Numbered from the stretch's first letter, positions 30,533-42,410 are shown. The stretch: DNA of 64,000 bases from an uncultured Planctomycetia bacterium (GCA_964415355.1 CAYPYS010000004.1:27220-91219), one strand, 5' to 3'. The notes: generated from the letters alone by a model not told the origin. A program made the numbers and translations.

Positions 30533-30561
30533 TTGAATATACGACTTGCCCTTGTTATAAT
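30533..30561 (+). promoter_or_regulatory. consensus-like sigma70 promoter for dnaA (TTGAAT-17-TGtTATAAT), apparently leaderless
   Basis: -35 TTGAAT at 30533-30538. 17-nt spacer. Extended -10 TGTTATAAT at 30553-30561. The dnaA ATG lies at 30570. Confidence 0.4.
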
Positions 30562-30569
30562 GTGATGCC

Positions 30570-31907
30570 ATGACAGTCGACCTATCCAGTATCTGGGACA
30601 AAATTCTAGAAGAGACAAAGCAGGAAATAGGGGAGAGGGCGTTTGAAAATTGGTTCCGCCAGACAAAACTCTCGTCTATAACCGAGGAAAGCCTCGTGAT
30701 CGAGGTACCGTCTAATTTTTTCAAAGATTGGATCTATGACCACTATAGAGACACATTAAAGATAGCTATATTAAAGACTATCGGCAAGGTTATCCCTGTG
30801 CAGTTTGAAGTGAAAGAGCCGGCTGTTAAGCCCGGCCGCGCCGCTTCAAAGCAAACCACTGTCCCGGGAAAACCGATGCAGAAAAAACCTTTTTATCTAA
30901 ACCCCAGGTACACTTTTGAGGGGTTTGTAGTAGGACCGTCGAACCGGTTCGCCCACGCAGCAACCCTCGCGATCGCTGAATCGCCTGCAAAGGCATACAA
31001 TCCTTTGTTTATATACGGTGGGGTGGGGCTGGGTAAGACGCATCTAATGCAAGCTGCCTGTCATTACGTCTCTGATATGCATAAAAACATGAAACTGTTT
31101 TACACGACGAGTGAAAAATTCACCAACGAGCTCATAAGCGCCATACAGCACAGGACAACCGCTAAGTTCAGGGAGACATACAGGAATGTTGATGTATTGT
31201 TGATAGACGACATACACTTCATCGCTGGCAAGGAATCCACACAGGAAGAATTCTTCCATACGTTCAATTCACTTTACGACGCGCACAAACAAATAGTCCT
31301 GTCCAGCGACCGGCCGCCCAAAACCATACAGGGCCTCGAAGAAAGGCTAGTCTCCAGGTTTGAATGGGGGCTTGTCACGGATGTCCAGCCGCCAGACCTT
31401 GAGACCAGGATAGCCATACTAAAAAAGAAGGCCGAAAGAAATTCCGTTGCCCTGCCGGACGACGCCTTATACTTTATAGCTGAGAAAATAAAGACCAATA
31501 TAAGAGAACTGGAGGGCGCGCTTATCAAGGTAGTGGCTTATTCGTCCATGGAAAACAAGCCCGTGACCCTGGACTCTACAAAAGATATTCTTAAAGATAT
31601 ACTGGCGGAAGGCGACAAGAAAATATCCGTTGATCGGATACAAAAAAAAGTGGCCGGGTATTTTGACATCAAGGTCTCTGAGATGAAGGCGAAGAAAAGA
31701 CACAAGGAAATCGTCTACCCGAGACAGATCGCGATGTACCTGACAAGGGAGCTGACAACGCTGACCCTGCCTGATATAGGCGCGAGTTTCGGGGGGCGGG
31801 ACCATTCCACGGTCATACACGCCTGTGAAAAAATACAGAAGGATTTGAAGAAAAATCAAAATGTGAAGAACTTGATGAATCGCCTGATGACAGAGATAAA
31901 CAGCTGA
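30570..31907 (+). CDS. dnaA: chromosomal replication initiator DnaA
   Basis: AAA+ Walker A GGVGLGKTHL. Box VII/arginine finger region. C-terminal DNA-binding signature HSTVIHACEKI. Confidence 0.95.
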   Translation: MTVDLSSIWDKILEETKQEIGERAFENWFRQTKLSSITEESLVIEVPSNFFKDWIYDHYRDTLKIAILKTIGKVIPVQFEVKEPAVKPGRAASKQTTVPGKPMQKKPFYLNPRYTFEGFVVGPSNRFAHAATLAIAESPAKAYNPLFIYGGVGLGKTHLMQAACHYVSDMHKNMKLFYTTSEKFTNELISAIQHRTTAKFRETYRNVDVLLIDDIHFIAGKESTQEEFFHTFNSLYDAHKQIVLSSDRPPKTIQGLEERLVSRFEWGLVTDVQPPDLETRIAILKKKAERNSVALPDDALYFIAEKIKTNIRELEGALIKVVAYSSMENKPVTLDSTKDILKDILAEGDKKISVDRIQKKVAGYFDIKVSEMKAKKRHKEIVYPRQIAMYLTRELTTLTLPDIGASFGGRDHSTVIHACEKIQKDLKKNQNVKNLMNRLMTEINS

Positions 31908-32079
31908 GTTTTTGGTTATTTTGTAAATAAGTTTTATTTTTTGTGGATTATTTTATTTTTATAACTATAATTAAAGCAGGGGGTTTTGGAGTTTCCCACA
32001 TATAAACAGTTACTACTATTAAAACTACTAGTTTTCTATATAAAAGATAGTAATACAATAGAACCCCGGAGGAATGTGG
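31908..32079. other. candidate oriC segment (dnaA-dnaN intergenic): AT-rich DNA-unwinding stretch plus degenerate DnaA boxes
   Basis: TGTGGATTA at 31942-31950, TTTCCCACA at 31992-32000, TGTGGATGA at 32075-32083. Very AT-rich run TTATTTTATTTTTATAACTATAATTAAA. Confidence 0.35.
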
Positions 32080-33171
32080 ATGAAAATAAAAATACTAAAA
32101 AATAACCTCGTTGAAAATATACAAAACGTACAGAACGTAGTGTCTTCAAGAAGCAGCCTACCGATACTTTTAAATATACTTATAGAAGCGAATAAGGATG
32201 GGATTAGGTTAACAAGCACGGATCTTGACATAGGCGTGACGTCAAGGGTTTCATCGGAGGTCGAAGAAGAAGGGGCTCTTACAGTACCAGCTAAGAGATT
32301 TTACGAAATAGTAAAAGAATTACCAGATGAAGACATTACTATAAACACAATGAAAAACAACTCAATGTCAATAAGGTGCGGCAAATGTTTTTTTAAGATC
32401 CTGGGTTTACCAAAAGAAGATTTTCCAAAACTCCCTGAATTCGAAAACAAACCTCATATCACAATAGGACAGGGTGTTTTAAAGAAGATGCTGGCAATGA
32501 CTCATTTTTCAATGTCGCACGATGAGACAAGATACGTGTTAAACGGGGCTTTGTTTTTATTTAAAGACAAACAATTGACTATAGTTACAACAGACGGCAA
32601 GAGATTAAGCCTTGTAAAAAAAGAAATCAGCAGTGAACCGCTGGATAAAACAATTATCGTGCCTTCAAAAACCGTCTATGAGTTAAACAGGGCCCTCAAA
32701 GGCGAGGGCGAAGTAAAAATAATGCTTAGTGAAAACCAGGTCAAATTTGACGTGGAAAACACTACTATCATCTCCAGGCTTATAGAGGGCGAGTTCCCAA
32801 ATTATGAGCAGGTCGTGCCAAAAGAGGCAAAAGAAAAAATAGCCGTCAACAGAGAACAGCTTTTGCTTGGCGTGAAAAGGGCGGCGCTTTTAGCTACGCA
32901 GGATTCACAATCCATAAAAATAGATGTTTTGAAAAACAAGATGGTGGTTTCAAAATCCAGCCCGAATATTGGCGAGGCAAAAGAAGAGATAGAAACAGGT
33001 TATAAGGGCCCGGAGATAGCCGTTGGTTTTAACCCAACCTATCTTATGGATGTGCTGAAAGTCGTGCCAAAAGACGATCTGGAGATAGAGATCGCAGGAT
33101 CAGATAAGCCAGCGGTTTTAAGAATAGAGGACTGGTATACTTATCTTGTATTGCCCATGCAGTTGGCTTAG
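32080..33171 (+). CDS. dnaN: DNA polymerase III beta sliding clamp
   Basis: MKIKILKNNLVENIQNV...SSLPIL. Start chosen 7 nt after GGAGG; the track's start at 32074 has 1-nt spacing from that GGAGG. Confidence 0.9.
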   Translation: MKIKILKNNLVENIQNVQNVVSSRSSLPILLNILIEANKDGIRLTSTDLDIGVTSRVSSEVEEEGALTVPAKRFYEIVKELPDEDITINTMKNNSMSIRCGKCFFKILGLPKEDFPKLPEFENKPHITIGQGVLKKMLAMTHFSMSHDETRYVLNGALFLFKDKQLTIVTTDGKRLSLVKKEISSEPLDKTIIVPSKTVYELNRALKGEGEVKIMLSENQVKFDVENTTIISRLIEGEFPNYEQVVPKEAKEKIAVNREQLLLGVKRAALLATQDSQSIKIDVLKNKMVVSKSSPNIGEAKEEIETGYKGPEIAVGFNPTYLMDVLKVVPKDDLEIEIAGSDKPAVLRIEDWYTYLVLPMQLA

Positions 33172-33195
33172 TCACGAGGGAGCTGACTTGTTTTT

Positions 33196-33505
33196 ATGAG
33201 AAAGCGAAAAACTGCTCCGGCAGGCATAGGGAACATTCTTGATAAGGTAATAAAGAAGATAGAAAAAAAGGGGCCGGGGAAAAAAGAGAATGTGCTGGCT
33301 GCGTGGCAAAAGGCGGCTGGAAGTAAGGCCGCGGGCCATTCCAGGCCAGCGAACATAAGGCGCAGGGTACTGACAGTAGAGATAGATTCATCCACCTGGT
33401 TTTATGCGTTGAACTTAAAAAAGAGGGGTTTGTTGAAAAGGCTCAAGAAAGAGCTGGGCGAAGAGACCTTAAAAGAAATAAGATTTAGAATGGGCGACAT
33501 AACTT

Positions 33506-33507
<2 letters not shown>
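33196..33507 (+). CDS. DUF721/DciA-like small protein (putative replicative helicase loader class)
   Basis: W..AAG...A.HSRP......VLTVEIDSSTWFYALNLKKRGLLKRL...LGEETLKEIRFRMG pattern typical of DUF721. Sits in the position between dnaN and gyrB. Confidence 0.55.
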
Positions 33508-36035
<2,528 letters not shown>

Positions 36036-36037
<2 letters not shown>

Positions 36038-36070
36038 CTTTACATTTCAACAACGTTAAAGTGTAAAGTT
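36036..36070. repeat. REP/MITE-like element, copy 2 (form A)
   Basis: Overlaps the gyrB TAA stop. Confidence 0.9.
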
Positions 36071-36094
36071 AAGCTATTTTTTAGGAATAATAAT

Positions 36095-39000
36095 ATGTAC
36101 ACGCAGAATGAAAAACTGATACCGGTTTATATCGAAGATGAAATGAAGAATTCCTATCTTACTTACGCCATGAGCGTAATAGTAGGAAGGGCCCTGCCTG
36201 ATGTCAGGGATGGCTTAAAGCCGGTCCACAGGCGCATACTTTATGCCATGATGGACCTTGGCCTGGAGCATAATAAGCCGTATAAGAAATCAGCGAGAAT
36301 AGTCGGAGAAACTTTAGGTAAATACCATCCGCACGGGGATACTGCTGTTTATGATTCTCTTGTCAGGATGGTGCAGGATTTTTCTCTAAGGTATCCTTTG
36401 ATAGACGGCCAGGGTAACTTTGGCTCTGTTGATGGCGACGCCGCAGCGGCGATGCGCTACTGCGTCAGCGGGGATTCTCTTATAGTTACAGAAAAAGGAT
36501 TAGAGAGGATAGGAAAAATATCGCATCATTCGGAAGTTTCTTTTAAAACCTTATCCGCGAACAATAACATAAACCATGTTTCAGAATGGTTTGATTCAGG
36601 AAAGCACCCGACAAAAACAATAAAAACTTATAGAGGTCTTAGTTTGCGCGGAAGCCTTAACCACCCTATTCTCACCTGGCGGAAAGGGGAAAAAGGGAAG
36701 CCGCAGTTCGAGTGGGAATTATTAGGGAAGATTAAAGAAGGTGATTATGCCGTAATCAGCAGAAGCAGTTTATTGTTTCCAAGAAAAGACCCTTCTTTAA
36801 GATCTTATCATCCGCAATTAAAGAAGGCCTGTAAAGATCATAAGCTTCCTATGGCTATGAGTACAGACCTTGCTTTTCTTTTGGGGGCGATAGTCTCAGA
36901 AGGCAATGTTGGCAAAAAGCATATAGGTTTTTGTAACAACGACAGCATTTTCATCAAGAAATTTAAAGCGAGTTTTAAGAGAGTGTTCCCTGATTGCAGG
37001 CTTCACGAATTCGTTAGAAAACCCGCGGGCTACACAAGAAAAAGTTACACTTCTTTGGAAATCCACTCGCTTCATGTTTTGGAATTTTTGAGCAATCTTG
37101 GGTTAAAACCGAGCAGGGCAAAAGATAGAGTTGTGCCGGAAATAATATTTTCATCATCAAAGAAATCTGTTGCCTCTTTTATAAGAGGATATGCTGAAGG
37201 GGATGCCAGTGTATATATGTCCTCTTCTTTAAAGAATATAGAGATATCTTTTATATCGGCCAGCAAAAAGTTAATGCAAGAATTACAGGTTTTATTGTTA
37301 AGATTTGGTATAGATTCTTCTTATAGATGGCAAAGAACAAGAAGTATTTTTAAATTATTTATCCATGGGCACACAAATCTCGATATATTTAAAGACCAAA
37401 TAGATTTTATTACAGATAGAAAATGCAACAAACTGAGAGAGATTTGTAAAAGAAATGAAACCGGCTGGGTTATGTCAAAGACAGATTTTGTGCCATACAT
37501 TTCTGATTACATTAGAAGTAATGGATATGCAGAAAACAGGCAATGGCTTGAAAGGCATAATATTGATAGATATACAAAGATAGAGAAGCATTGGGGAAAC
37601 TTGCAAAAAATACTAAATGAAAAAGATAAACAGCTGTATCAAATGTTGATGGATAATAAATATATATTTGATCCCGTAGTTTCTGTAGAAGATACAGAAA
37701 CGAGCAAAGTTTATTCTATAAAGGTGGACAGCGCTTGTCATTCATTTGTGTCAAATGGCTTTATAAGCCATAACACAGAAGCGAGAATGGACGCCATAGC
37801 GGATGAGCTGCTCGACGACATAGAAAAAGATACGGTAGACTTTGTCCCGAATTTTGATGAGTCTTTGCAGGAGCCCAGTATATTGCCGGCGCGGCTGCCG
37901 AATCTTTTAATAAATGGTTCGAGCGGCATCGCAGTTGGCATGGCCACCAATGTCCCGCCGCACAACCTGACCGAGATAGTGGATGCTATTGTAAAAGTGA
38001 TCTCTGACCCGGACGTCTCCATAAAAGACCTGATGAAAATAGTGAAAGGTCCGGATTTCCCGACAGGCGGCATTATCTGCGGCAGGGACGGGATAAAAGA
38101 GGCGTATGAAAAAGGCAGGGGCAGGCTGAAGCTTCACGCAAAAGCAGCTATAGAACAACAAAAAGGAAACAAGGAATCCATTGTCATAACAGAGATCCCT
38201 TATCAGGTAAATAAATCAAAGCTCATAGAAAACATCGCTGATCTGGTGCAGGAGAAAAAGATCGAGGGCATATCAGACATAAGGGATGAGTCTGATAAAG
38301 AGGGTATGAGGATCGTCATAGATCTGAAGCGCGACCAGAATGCCCAGGTCATATTGAACCAGCTGTATAGACGCACGCAGATGGAGACTACCTTTGGCGT
38401 GATCACGCTAGCGCTTGTCGACGGGAAACCAAAGGTCTTAAATCTAAAAGAGGTCTTAGAGCAGTACATAAAACATAGAGAGGTGATAGTAAGGCGCAGG
38501 ACGCAGTTCGAGCTGGATAAAGCAGAGAGGCGCGCGCATATCTTAGAAGGTCTTAAGATCGCAGTGGACGCGATCAATAAAATCATAAAGACGATAAGGG
38601 AGTCAAAGGATGCCAAGATAGCAAAAGACAGATTGATGAAAAATTTTGACCTGAGCGATGTCCAGGCCCAGGCCATATTAGAGATGCAGCTCCAGAGGCT
38701 CACGGCGCTCGAAAGGAATAAAATAGAAAAGGAATACATGGAGCTGATCAAGAAGATAGAGATGTTCAAGTCTATTTTAAAGAGCGAGAAAAAGATTCTA
38801 GAGATCGTGAAGAACGAGGTCATGGAATTAAAGAAGGAATACGGTGATGAGCGCAGGACAGAGATCGTTGCAAAAGTAGAAGAGATGGAGATAGAAGATC
38901 TGATCGCAGAAGAGGACATGGTCATCACGATCAGCCACGCTGGTTACATAAAGCGATTGCCGATCGCAGCGTACAGGCGTCAGAAAAGGGGAGGCGTGGG

Positions 39001-39841
39001 CGTTACAGGCATTGACATGAAGGATGAAGATTTTGTCGAGCATTTATTCGTCGCCTCTACCCACGAATATATACTTGTATTCACGAATACAGGCAGGGTG
39101 CATTGGTTAAAAGTATATGAGATTCCTCAAGCGAGCCGCGCAGCCAGGGGCAAGGCAATAGTGAATCTGTTGCAGCTTGGCCAGGGCGAAAAGGTTTCTG
39201 CGTGCGTGAGGGTAAAGGATTTCGAAGAGGGCAAATTCCTCGTGATGGCGACAAAGAAAGGCCTGGTCAAAAAGACAGACCTGATGTCGTATTCGAATCC
39301 AAGAAAGGGCGGCATAATCGGCATTACCATTGAAAAAGACGACGAACTTATAGAGGTGAAGTGGACTGATGGCAAACAGGAGGTAATATTTGCCACCAAC
39401 CAGGGCAAGGCTATTCGTTTTCCAGAGGTTCAGGTCAGAGATATGGGCAGGGGCGCAAAAGGCGTCAGAGGGATAGGCCTCGGCAAAAAAGACGAAGTAA
39501 TAGCAATGGAGATCGCGAGAAAAGATGCGACAATTCTTACGGTTACATCGCAGGGGTTTGCGAAGCGCACGCCTGTCGAGCAATATAGAAAACAATCCCG
39601 CGGCGGCAAAGGCATAAAGAATGTAAGCGTAACAAAGAAAAACGGAGAAGCAGTAGGCCTTAAGATAGTCAATGATAAAGACGAGCTTATGGTCATGACC
39701 GAGAAAGGCATGATTGTCCGCTGCTCTGTTAAGGACATACGCACTACTGGCAGGGCTGCCCAGGGAGTTCGCATAATAAAGCTTGATTCAGGTGACAGGG
39801 TGTCAGCAATTGCCCGTGTTATCCCCGAAGAGACAGAGTAA
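36095..39841 (+). CDS. gyrA: DNA gyrase subunit A, intein-containing precursor (mature length about 810 aa)
   Basis: AAMRY active-site Tyr122 is followed by an inserted 438-aa element ending ...SHN|TEARM. The remainder is canonical GyrA including the C-terminal beta-pinwheel repeats. Confidence 0.95.
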   Translation: MYTQNEKLIPVYIEDEMKNSYLTYAMSVIVGRALPDVRDGLKPVHRRILYAMMDLGLEHNKPYKKSARIVGETLGKYHPHGDTAVYDSLVRMVQDFSLRYPLIDGQGNFGSVDGDAAAAMRYCVSGDSLIVTEKGLERIGKISHHSEVSFKTLSANNNINHVSEWFDSGKHPTKTIKTYRGLSLRGSLNHPILTWRKGEKGKPQFEWELLGKIKEGDYAVISRSSLLFPRKDPSLRSYHPQLKKACKDHKLPMAMSTDLAFLLGAIVSEGNVGKKHIGFCNNDSIFIKKFKASFKRVFPDCRLHEFVRKPAGYTRKSYTSLEIHSLHVLEFLSNLGLKPSRAKDRVVPEIIFSSSKKSVASFIRGYAEGDASVYMSSSLKNIEISFISASKKLMQELQVLLLRFGIDSSYRWQRTRSIFKLFIHGHTNLDIFKDQIDFITDRKCNKLREICKRNETGWVMSKTDFVPYISDYIRSNGYAENRQWLERHNIDRYTKIEKHWGNLQKILNEKDKQLYQMLMDNKYIFDPVVSVEDTETSKVYSIKVDSACHSFVSNGFISHNTEARMDAIADELLDDIEKDTVDFVPNFDESLQEPSILPARLPNLLINGSSGIAVGMATNVPPHNLTEIVDAIVKVISDPDVSIKDLMKIVKGPDFPTGGIICGRDGIKEAYEKGRGRLKLHAKAAIEQQKGNKESIVITEIPYQVNKSKLIENIADLVQEKKIEGISDIRDESDKEGMRIVIDLKRDQNAQVILNQLYRRTQMETTFGVITLALVDGKPKVLNLKEVLEQYIKHREVIVRRRTQFELDKAERRAHILEGLKIAVDAINKIIKTIRESKDAKIAKDRLMKNFDLSDVQAQAILEMQLQRLTALERNKIEKEYMELIKKIEMFKSILKSEKKILEIVKNEVMELKKEYGDERRTEIVAKVEEMEIEDLIAEEDMVITISHAGYIKRLPIAAYRRQKRGGVGVTGIDMKDEDFVEHLFVASTHEYILVFTNTGRVHWLKVYEIPQASRAARGKAIVNLLQLGQGEKVSACVRVKDFEEGKFLVMATKKGLVKKTDLMSYSNPRKGGIIGITIEKDDELIEVKWTDGKQEVIFATNQGKAIRFPEVQVRDMGRGAKGVRGIGLGKKDEVIAMEIARKDATILTVTSQGFAKRTPVEQYRKQSRGGKGIKNVSVTKKNGEAVGLKIVNDKDELMVMTEKGMIVRCSVKDIRTTGRAAQGVRIIKLDSGDRVSAIARVIPEETE
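36461..37774 (+). mobile_element. GyrA intein with LAGLIDADG homing-endonuclease domain (438 aa, gyrA-a insertion site after the catalytic Tyr)
   Basis: Cys1 ([10 protein letters not shown]). Block B LNHPILT. Two LAGLIDADG-like motifs ([26 protein letters not shown]). C-terminal ...VSNGFISHN followed by +1 Thr. Confidence 0.85.
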
Positions 39842-39874
39842 CTTTACACTTTAACGTTGTTGAAATGTAAAGTT
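39840..39874. repeat. REP/MITE-like element, copy 3 (form B)
   Basis: AACTTTACACTTTAACGTTGTTGAAATGTAAAGTT. Overlaps the gyrA TAA stop. Confidence 0.9.
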
Positions 39875-39890
39875 AGGAGCTCATTTCTAC

Positions 39891-39968
39891 GTCCCCATCG
39901 TCTAGTCTGGCCTAGGACATCAGATTTTCGATCTGACGACACCGGTTCGAATCCGGTTGGGGACGCCA
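39891..39968 (+). tRNA. tRNA-Glu (anticodon UUC)
   Basis: Manual cloverleaf. Acceptor GTCCCCA/TGGGGAC. Anticodon stem TCAGA/TCTGA with loop TTTTCGA. T-arm ACCGG TTCGAAT CCGGT. Encoded CCA. Confidence 0.85.
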
Positions 39969-40110
39969 ATCTTTTAACCCTCTAAAATCCAACCAGTTAT
40001 ATCTTAAGTCTAATCAGAAGCAGGAATAGCGTTAATCGCCGATAGCATAGGCTACACATTTATTGTTTAGCTCTCTTTTGATGTGTTTAGATATTTTTAG
40101 ACGCGAAATG

Positions 40111-40127
40111 GTCACTATTTGGTCACT
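40111..40127 (+). repeat. GTCACTATTTGGTCACT direct-repeat motif, left copy (candidate arm-type recombinase site)
   Basis: An identical 17-mer recurs exactly 2100 bp downstream. Each copy contains GTCACT twice. Confidence 0.5.
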
Positions 40128-40310
40128 GGACGTTAGCCCCCCTGGCCTGTCTACATTATTTCAGTACTTAAACATCCATGGAATTTTAGCCATATGGACA
40201 CTTTTTGGACACCAAGACCTGTCTCTGGGAAAGAAGAATTAAACGCCACTTCCGTAACTTCTATAAATACATAGCATTATAAAAACTAATCTTCAAAATC
40301 TTACAGCCCG

Positions 40311-40337
40311 GACATCAGGCTAGATATCTGATGTCCA
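40311..40337. repeat. inverted repeat GGACATCAG-N9-CTGATGTCC built from the tRNA-Glu/att core sequence
   Basis: Its arms are identical to the first 9 nt of the 58-bp direct repeat. Confidence 0.5.
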
Positions 40338-40347
40338 GGATCTCCTT

Positions 40348-40376
40348 TGTGTATATCACAATAATATGATATAATT
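40348..40376 (+). promoter_or_regulatory. candidate promoter TTGTGT-17-TGaTATAAT for the islet MBL-fold gene
   Basis: Extended -10 at 40368-40376. Similar architecture to the promoter at 42428-42457. Confidence 0.35.
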
Positions 40377-40388
40377 ACTATATAAATA

Positions 40389-40444
40389 GACATTTAAGCA
40401 GCATAGCCTTGATAATAGGACAAGGCTATTTTTTTGGGTGGATT
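40389..40444 (+). promoter_or_regulatory. conserved leader with terminator-like hairpin (ATAGCCTTG-loop-CAAGGCTAT + T7), ending 8 nt before the ATG; copy A
   Basis: About 55 nt alignable with 42467-42525 (AATAGAyAT..AAG..ATAGCCTT..GGACAAGGCTATTTTTTTG-8nt-ATG). Confidence 0.4.
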
Positions 40445-42181
40445 ATGATAAAATGTGGAAAAGTAGCTATAATGGTTGTTGTAAGCACAGCCTTTTTATT
40501 TACAAGCACGCTGCATTCTAACATATCTGCAGATACCTTGCGCCTTGAAGTTGGTCAAGGGGACGATACATTAGGGCGAATGGAGAAACTTTTGAAAACA
40601 AGGACATACGCTTATCCTGCCGGTGGCTTTGATGTAAGAGTTCGCAATCCTAATAACAATTATTATAACACTTCTCAAGGAGCTGTTTCTGTCGGGTTAT
40701 CTATGCAACATAGGTTATTATATCCAGATGTTGCAGATTATCCCACCGTAATTATTGCACCTAACGGAGATTGGACCGGCAAAGACGGCACTAATTTAAT
40801 GCAGATTTATTTTGCCATAGCATGTAATTTCTTCTTTCACAAAAGAAATGGAGTGGATAATCCAAAAACCACAATTGTGTGTAGGGCTGACCAGAAAGAT
40901 AGGATAATTGAGTATTTAAAGCTAGGCAACCCTTATTATTTGCCTAATAAGGCTAATTACCCCGAAGAGTTGATTAAGAGATTTGAGCGGGAAGCTATCT
41001 ATTTAGCAGATAGGGCAGTTATAGATGGGCAAATGCAAATGGCGGCACCATATCCTGATATGGTTACATTTGAGACATTCGATGAGAATTTAAATGAAGC
41101 AAGCATTGGGGATGTAGTGATAACAGATAAAAGAAATGGTACGTTTGCAGTTAATGATAAAGGGGAAGCAGAAGGCATCTTGGATGGTAGAAACTTGACA
41201 GAGCTCGAGTTAGAACTAGTAGGCGTAGAGCCTCTTTCTGATATACCAGAATTAGGAGTCACGTTTTTAGGAACTAGCAGTGGGATGGATGCAAATGGAT
41301 TGAGTAGTAGCCAAATTGTATGGGCAGGCGACCATCAGGTATTAGTTGATTTAGGGATAGCTACTGTTGGTGGGCTTAGGGCATTAGGTTTAGCGCCTTC
41401 CGATATTAGTCATATAGCTATTACTCATATGCATGAAGATCATGTTGCAGGTGCATTGCAGTATTTCCATTGGTGTAAGAGTATCGGCCATCCAATTCGT
41501 TTAATAATTGAACCTGGCATCTATGAGTTGTTCAAGGAACAGGCAAAACAAATATTAAATAATGACTTAGAGTCTGTTTATGATGTCGAGCTTGTCCCAA
41601 TAAAATTTTATGCAGCTATTGAGCTAGGCAAAGGAAGTGAAAAAGTTACAATAGAAGCTATCCCTGGATTTCACGGTACACCAGTGATGATGAATCGCTA
41701 TACTTACAAAGGAAAAACAATTAGCCATTCTAGCGATACTACATTTGACCCAATTCGTTTTGATAAGATTTTAGAGAACGACATGCCCGATAATATAAGA
41801 AAAGACTTATCGAGAGAGCTCGGGGTTGATAAAAATGTTCGCGTGTTTAATAAAGCTAGAGCAGATGAGCTTGCAGGTGTATTATTTGGGAGCAATGCTA
41901 CTGGAAACATGCCGTCCATTGTTATTTATGAAGGGGGCAATGCTGCAGCCTTGGGAGAGAATGCAAGCAATCATACAACGCCTTTTGCCTTTCAGACATT
42001 GACAGAATATGAGCAGAGGACAATATGGGTGAATCATGCTGCCAAATTGCCTGGAGACCAAGAGTTTCTCGTTAAACATGCTGCCCCAATAAGTACCTTA
42101 GCAGTAGATCTTAGGGAACTTACTGTTCAAGATGTAAATGTTATGTTATCAAATACTAAGGAGCTGCAGAGAAGCCTGTAA
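40445..42181 (+). CDS. secreted metallo-beta-lactamase-fold protein with about 300-aa N-terminal domain of unknown function
   Basis: Signal peptide MIKCGKVAIMVVVSTAFLFTSTLHS. HxHxDH motif (ITHMHEDHVAGA). Start chosen at ATG 40445; the ORF track's TTG at 40409 lies within the leader hairpin. Confidence 0.6.
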   Translation: MIKCGKVAIMVVVSTAFLFTSTLHSNISADTLRLEVGQGDDTLGRMEKLLKTRTYAYPAGGFDVRVRNPNNNYYNTSQGAVSVGLSMQHRLLYPDVADYPTVIIAPNGDWTGKDGTNLMQIYFAIACNFFFHKRNGVDNPKTTIVCRADQKDRIIEYLKLGNPYYLPNKANYPEELIKRFEREAIYLADRAVIDGQMQMAAPYPDMVTFETFDENLNEASIGDVVITDKRNGTFAVNDKGEAEGILDGRNLTELELELVGVEPLSDIPELGVTFLGTSSGMDANGLSSSQIVWAGDHQVLVDLGIATVGGLRALGLAPSDISHIAITHMHEDHVAGALQYFHWCKSIGHPIRLIIEPGIYELFKEQAKQILNNDLESVYDVELVPIKFYAAIELGKGSEKVTIEAIPGFHGTPVMMNRYTYKGKTISHSSDTTFDPIRFDKILENDMPDNIRKDLSRELGVDKNVRVFNKARADELAGVLFGSNATGNMPSIVIYEGGNAAALGENASNHTTPFAFQTLTEYEQRTIWVNHAAKLPGDQEFLVKHAAPISTLAVDLRELTVQDVNVMLSNTKELQRSL

Positions 42182-42210
42182 TACGAGTTATTATTAAAGA
42201 ATTTTTACCA

Positions 42211-42227
42211 GTCACTATTTGGTCACT
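42211..42227 (+). repeat. GTCACTATTTGGTCACT direct-repeat motif, right copy
   Basis: Identical to 40111-40127. Lies 76 nt before the right-hand 58-bp repeat. Confidence 0.5.
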
Positions 42228-42302
42228 AGCGATAATCTCCAAAATCATTATTTCATATAACTCACTATAAAATAATAAGTTACAATAACACAATCTCGTA
42301 TA

Positions 42303-42356
42303 GACATCAGATTTTCGATCTGACGACACCGGTTCGAATCCGGTTGGGGACGCCAA
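42303..42356 (+). pseudogene. tRNA-Glu 3' fragment (displaced att repeat; 3' 53 nt of the tRNA, no 5' half)
   Basis: Identical to positions 39916-39968 of the intact tRNA-Glu. The upstream sequence is unrelated to the tRNA. Confidence 0.8.
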
Positions 42357-42375
42357 TCTTGCCAGCCCCATACTT

Positions 42376-42410
42376 AACTTTACACTTTAACGTTGTTGAA
42401 ATGTAAAGTT
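42376..42410. repeat. REP/MITE-like element, copy 4 (form B)
   Basis: Exact 35-mer flanked by TA. Confidence 0.9.

Larger units (their letters stand above)
39916..42360 (+). mobile_element. putative tRNA-Glu-targeted integrated islet (about 2.3 kb cargo) bounded by 58-bp direct repeats; no integrase present
   Basis: Exact 58-bp direct repeat (tRNA 3' half plus ATCTT) at 39916-39973 and 42303-42360. Internal arm-like direct repeats GTCACTATTTGGTCACT at 40111-40127 and 42211-42227. tRNA-derived inverted repeat at 40311-40337. Confidence 0.5.

Noticed and set aside
30388-30724. Minus-strand ORFs of 92 and 68 aa overlapping the dnaA promoter/start
   Set aside because: Short, no homology, and they overlap dnaA's N-terminus and its promoter. 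Most likely spurious.
38203-38928. 241-aa Ser/Ile-rich ORF on the minus strand, and other antisense ORFs inside gyrA/gyrB (33539-34129 -, 39107-39595 -, 39430-39774 -)
   Set aside because: They are antisense to strongly supported gyrA/gyrB coding sequence. Their low-complexity composition is typical of shadow ORFs.
40409-40444. ORF-track TTG start at 40409 for the MBL-fold gene (MIIGQGYFFGW...)
   Set aside because: These codons are the conserved leader hairpin (ATAGGACAAGGCTATTTTTTTGGG), which also precedes the giant gene. The signal peptide begins at the ATG at 40445.
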